Shown here: piece after piece, positions 61,701 to 64,000 of the stretch
Numbering within the stretch: the first letter of the stretch is position 1
Layout of the letters: each line of letters opens with the position of its first letter
Virus record (IMG/VR): IMGVR_UViG_3300047447_000196
Coordinates: 10,270 to 74,269 of that record
Direction: 5' to 3' (one strand)
Source: a virus
Lineage: Duplodnaviria > Caudoviricetes
DNA length: 64,000 nt
The notes under the pieces: generated by a model
What the model was told of the DNA's origin: nothing
The model's database searches: none
The model's input: only the letters and a program-made list of their open reading frames with translations
Position numbers and translations under genes: made by a program

Positions 61701-64000
61701 GCCTCGTCGAAACGGTTGATGTGGGTCGGGTGCGTCAGTTCCAGCTCGACGTAGCGGGTCCTGGCGCCCGTTCTCTTGTCCTCGAACACGACCTCGTCGC
61801 GCAGTTTCTCGACCTTCTCGGCGCGCAGCGTTTCCATGCCGGCGTCGAAGGTGCCCTGCGCCTTGGCGCGCGCGATCGTTTCTTCGAGCCGCTTGAAGAA
61901 CTCCTCGAACACCTCGTCCTGGCGCTTCGTTTCCAGCGACAGCAGGCGGTTCAGGAACTGCGGCACCTCGGGCAGCTTGCCGTAGTTCAGCGCCCCGGTC
62001 TCCGCATTGATCAGGCCGTTCAGGCCGAGGGCGCGGGTGGTCTCGTGGAAGTTGAGCGCGGCCTGGCCGTTGTACATGTCGACGAACAGGTTGTGCAGCG
62101 CGTCGGAGGCGTACTGGGATTCCAGGTTGTCGGTGGCCGAGAACATGCCCTGGCCGCCGGTCTCGCGCTGGCCCTTGGTCAGCGCGCCCAGCTGGTCCAG
62201 CCTGCGCGCGATCGACGAAATAAAGCGCTTCTGCGCTTTCAGGTTCGTGGTCGGCAGCACGTAGTGCGGCTGGTTCGCCTCGTTCGAGCGGTGCGTGCGG
62301 CCGAAGCCCTGCACCGCGTTGTTGGCGCGCCAGCCCGGCTGCACCAGGTAGTGGATGCGGCGCCGCTGGTTGGCCGCGTTCAGGTCGGACTGGAACGAGT
62401 AGCCGGTGCCGCCGGCGTCGGAGAACACCAGGACCCGCTTCTTGTCGGCCATGAAGGCGTCGGCGTCGGCCGGCACCGAGGATGCCGGGCGCTTCTCCTC
62501 GACGACAGTAAAACCGCCGGTCCTGGTGTCCTGCACCTGGACGAAGCGGCGCTTCCTGCCGGTGATCTCGGCGACGTTGTTGGTGCCGAACGCGCGCAGG
62601 ATCATATCCAGCGGGTTGTCCGGCACGCGGATCTGCTCGAGGTTCTTCACCAGCTGGTCGCGCAGCGCCACCATTTCCTTGTTGAACACCGGGTTGCCCT
62701 TGGAGTCGACCACCGGGCGGGTCTGCTTGTGGCCCTCGGCGTCGGTGTACTCCTCGTGCTGCTGCACCGGGAAGCTGTTGCGCACGTAGTTCAGCAGCGT
62801 CTCGCGCGGGGTGAAGTCGAAGTCCTCGGCCACCGCGTCGTCGTCGTTGGCCAGCTTGGCGGCCTGTCTCTCCTGCTCGGCCTCGTTGGTATTGACCAGC
62901 TGCATGACCACGGCGTGGCCCTCGGCCAGGTCGCGCTCGGCGGCCTCGACGATCGACGGCATCTGCATGGCCGTGATGACGTGGTTGAAGAAACGCTGGT
63001 GGCTGCCCCAGAACTGGGCCAGCGCCGCGCTTTTCGCCTTCGGGTTGTCCTTCTGGCCGGTCGCTTCCAGCGCCGTGTCGATGTTCTGCAGGACGGTCTG
63101 CCAGGCGCGCGCCAGCTCGTTGTAGATGTCGGTCTGCAGCGGGGTCAGCTCGTGCTCGAGGCGGTCATACGTCACGCCGTCGAACGACAGACTACGCGCC
63201 AGGTACGAACCCTGCGCCTTCATGTCGCGCGAGACCAGTTCCATCGCCGCCACGCCGCCGGATTCGATGCCGCCGATGAAATCCGTGACCTTGGCGAACG
63301 CGCTGCCCTCGCCCCACAGGCCGAGGCGGGTCGCGTAGCCCAGGTTGTGGACCTCGGTGGCGCCGGTGGCCGAGACGTAGACGATGCGGGCGTTCGGCAG
63401 CAGGCGCTGCAGCTCGACGCCGGCGAGCGCCTTGGCGGCCGGCTTGGTCTTGCCGCGCTTGCCCTTCCGCTCGACCACGTTGCCCATGTTGTGGGCTTCG
63501 TCGAAGGCGATCACGCCGTCGAAGTCCTTGCCCAGCCAGTCGACGATCTGCTGCAGGCGGCTCTTGGTCGTCTGCGTCTTGCCGGCGGCCCTGTCCTTGG
63601 CCGACAGCTCGCCCATCTTGAGCGTGTCGTAGGTCGTGAACAGGATGCCGCTCCTGGCGTCGATCGGCGCGCCGGCCTTGATCTTGTTGTGCGCCATGAG
63701 CACGTCGGGGTTGCCGGACACGCCGGCAAAATCGCGCTTGGCGTCACGCAGCAGGCCCTGTTTCGCACTCAGCCAGACCGCCCTGGTGCGGCCCTGTCTC
63801 TGGTTGTCGAGCAGGATGCCGGCGATCTCGCGGCCCTTGCCGACACCCGTCCCGTCGCCGATGAAGAAGCCGCGCCGTTCCTTGTCGCCCGGCAGCATCT
63901 CGCTGTGGGCCTGGCCGGCGTAGACCACCGCCTCGAGCTGGGCCAGCGACAGCAGGCCCTTCTCGATCACGGTCTTCGGCAGGTTCGGGGTGTAGTTCGG
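55760..64000 (-). CDS. Giant polyvalent virion/ejection protein (>2746 aa, 5' end outside the window): Strawberry-notch helicase, zincin metallopeptidase, uncharacterised module, PLxRFG domain, helical C-terminus
   Basis: GFFIGDGTGVGKGRE, FDEAHN, YVSATGA, AEITGRK, FSDAGGTG, QGFGRTHRSN (AAA_34/Helicase_C_4); AHEALGH...EEALAD; YFPLARFGDY. The frame stays open from 63970 to 64000. Confidence 0.9.
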   Translation of the reverse strand, partial: PNYTPNLPKTVIEKGLLSLAQLEAVVYAGQAHSEMLPGDKERRGFFIGDGTGVGKGREIAGILLDNQRQGRTRAVWLSAKQGLLRDAKRDFAGVSGNPDVLMAHNKIKAGAPIDARSGILFTTYDTLKMGELSAKDRAAGKTQTTKSRLQQIVDWLGKDFDGVIAFDEAHNMGNVVERKGKRGKTKPAAKALAGVELQRLLPNARIVYVSATGATEVHNLGYATRLGLWGEGSAFAKVTDFIGGIESGGVAAMELVSRDMKAQGSYLARSLSFDGVTYDRLEHELTPLQTDIYNELARAWQTVLQNIDTALEATGQKDNPKAKSAALAQFWGSHQRFFNHVITAMQMPSIVEAAERDLAEGHAVVMQLVNTNEAEQERQAAKLANDDDAVAEDFDFTPRETLLNYVRNSFPVQQHEEYTDAEGHKQTRPVVDSKGNPVFNKEMVALRDQLVKNLEQIRVPDNPLDMILRAFGTNNVAEITGRKRRFVQVQDTRTGGFTVVEEKRPASSVPADADAFMADKKRVLVFSDAGGTGYSFQSDLNAANQRRRIHYLVQPGWRANNAVQGFGRTHRSNEANQPHYVLPTTNLKAQKRFISSIARRLDQLGALTKGQRETGGQGMFSATDNLESQYASDALHNLFVDMYNGQAALNFHETTRALGLNGLINAETGALNYGKLPEVPQFLNRLLSLETKRQDEVFEEFFKRLEETIARAKAQGTFDAGMETLRAEKVEKLRDEVVFEDKRTGARTRYVELELTHPTHINRFDEAQRHAASFGERFLGFFRNERTNKVFALARTGTSTDAKTGQVISRGVQIRTTGGLRYGDEVDKILKGARGETTVNKKIQAAVYTRPTSDIMIESYVTAAGKPVDVTDARLAGLLAQRGLDRVEQTIEAGPPGPERDAFRRLLDRMRPHLKESEAERAIPAFQKLTPEQAKTAWEAEIAATAPTYTDKTHLLTGMLLPIWDRLPGDPRVVRTQTVDGERMLGRVVSERNLDQTLKNLGVGNNLSKLPAAEVLKRLMDGQRGILANGWLLQKVRVSNDNRIEITGQSLQYNRSEREMLTNLGAFVERINWAERTFIPTGEKGVQLLTKLLEYKPLVELGKPGEGKEDEEAEFSRGAAAQGMAKADVQRVVAPILQGWHNAPRVTVVQSVNELPFEAKPDTRGAAWRGQAFLVADNLAHAGEVQFVLAHEALGHLGLSAILGEKALKQELNRLRLINPALAKAAQYQAATFGYKLERATEEALADIVGSGQQIKGWQKFIGLVQQALRAIGLDRVADWIESHSQAETMALLARAREAVEGKRTPRTFGQFEAARFSDGAQPHWYSQLARRIEQLPMKSAPALQWAETIMASGFAQKGVKQDEIYWSGILDYLNTRPKEKFTKAELLDYLAENGVRVTETMRREPTEDDIDVLLDDEAGEGMTREEAREYLRNNENSTRYNAYTLPGGQNYTELLLTLPLREPSFKLDDYIGELSDKYGWHVAGNFRRPGWTEADLTAEELDKLNRLTNEEVLEEDERARSVFHSNHWYEKNVLAHIRFNDRVDSDGRRVLHVEELQSDWGQIGKRDGFRDPRVAEAKRSFAQWMKDNPTTSAAVWREQNPDLVGLIDNPNAVPQAPFVGKTDAWLTLALKRVLTYAAENGYDRVSFVTGQQAVDRFQLSQQVKAVEVEKAVDEPGYRVDITLLDGEPHETWANDDRDLVNLMGKELASKAVEQIKADPFSRARFAGDNLNLGGHGMRAFYDKIVPNAVNALTKQLGGGRMDQADIIHSEPYDPRPGVTQYVDEDGQLRYSSHGVTTDSNFGKDNYYGSKGWSTQPAIDITDAMRERVKGGLPLFSRQNGDNGPLPVASDPGSLRLSRATPQQLARQVGGTIKSNTVTKLGNMLGHYRSVLLQFLGRLQLTELYGHLFPQGTQPNMMQVYSDLAARMDAEKTEGGSMADRIVDDWAKLPQEKEMATLAHDSTRAEIDPRKGYVTGDDYKKWKELNARWNALSPEAQKVFSAAATAYESHYANVRKAVQERIKRNLTAHKGRAALIRRLEQEFFGKQIKGIYFPLARFGDYIVTVRFVGKNPPPGQAVVREAVERAETLQEAEETRARLLKAYPPEKGYQVMPVMKAAEYNAARDSVSRGFVKKLFAALDDAGVKDPSLQDTINQLILMSMPDLSWAKSGIHRTGMPGFSQDARRAFAHHMFHGVSYLAKLNYSDQLTEVLERMQKIANDNSTDPDYDQVKAQQVIDEMTKRHDNYLNPKGNALSTKLTSFGFVWFLGASPASALTNLLQTPTVAYPLLGGKFGYTQAAAALVEASRQAMSGHNDMGKILSGDEKRAYEDWVRTGLIDLTMVHDLAGVASGRDNQLRGNMRKVMKVASFMFHHAERFNRQATALAAFRLARQDGQSYEEAYRTSVELTKAAHFDYSAGNRPRFMQGPVAQVVFLFKQYAQNLIYTFARNAARSFKGDREAQKTLAGLVVTHALAAGILGLPLVTTLLGAASMIGGGDDEPWDAEIALRNLLADLFGETAGQVLAHGITRPTPFDISGRVGADHLIFPDLQEGLQGERSFDAFLAGLLGPVVGIGANWARALQQYGRGDTGRAVETALPAVLKGPARGRRYAIEGGAKDRNGIMIDEDIDGWDYASQVLGFSSGPVREKQEAKAAVYDRDLALQRRRQQLLDQYARKMLAKESPAEEMEAIRAFNQAHPNRVIAGLHLQHAIRSRLQHRLQAKDGLYLPVKRGMDARQAGAFADGED

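Larger units (their letters stand above)
1..64000. mobile_element. Temperate phage-plasmid of a betaproteobacterium (partial)
   Basis: Terminase, fibres, lysis and cI/cro co-occur with TrfA-like Rep plus iterons, ParAB plus palindromes, resolvase and Doc TA; no host housekeeping genes or integrase in the window. Confidence 0.88.

Noticed and set aside
63968-63970. GTG at 63970 as the start of the giant protein
   Set aside because: The frame is open to the window edge (PNYTPNLPKT precedes it) and the sequence begins mid-domain.

Overview
The whole window looks like one GC-rich temperate phage that is also a plasmid (phage-plasmid). The likely host is a betaproteobacterium, probably Oxalobacteraceae/Massilia-like, judged by recognising the SSB and a small HTH protein. 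Minus strand: a Q-like antiterminator with a late promoter, tail-fibre and virion genes, terminase small and large subunits, a 1389-aa spike-like protein with two carbohydrate-enzyme-like domains, and the start of a probable portal at the left edge. At the right edge are a >2746-aa polyvalent Strawberry-notch-helicase/zincin/PLxRFG protein and a lysis cassette with an inserted GIY-YIG endonuclease. Centre: a lambdoid cI/cro switch with mirror-image operators, a helicase-primase arm, and a recombination arm (exonuclease, SSB, NinB, alpha-CTD mimic, ThyX-like). Plasmid functions are ParA/ParB with two copies of a palindromic parS candidate, a TrfA-like initiator followed by an iteron/DnaA-box origin, a serine resolvase, a Doc toxin-antitoxin pair and two H-NS-like genes. 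No integrase, tRNA, CRISPR array or reverse transcriptase was seen. The most striking unexplained signals are a two-hairpin intergenic motif with compensatory base changes (GCCAGT-stem-G-stem) present three times in the radC island, a Cro-DUF4406 fusion beside a CI with a degenerate autoprotease site, a five-repeat 748-aa protein next to oriV, and a 20-residue TxQ(A/G)Q repeat shared by two virion proteins. All family assignments come from recognising motifs by eye; no database search was run.
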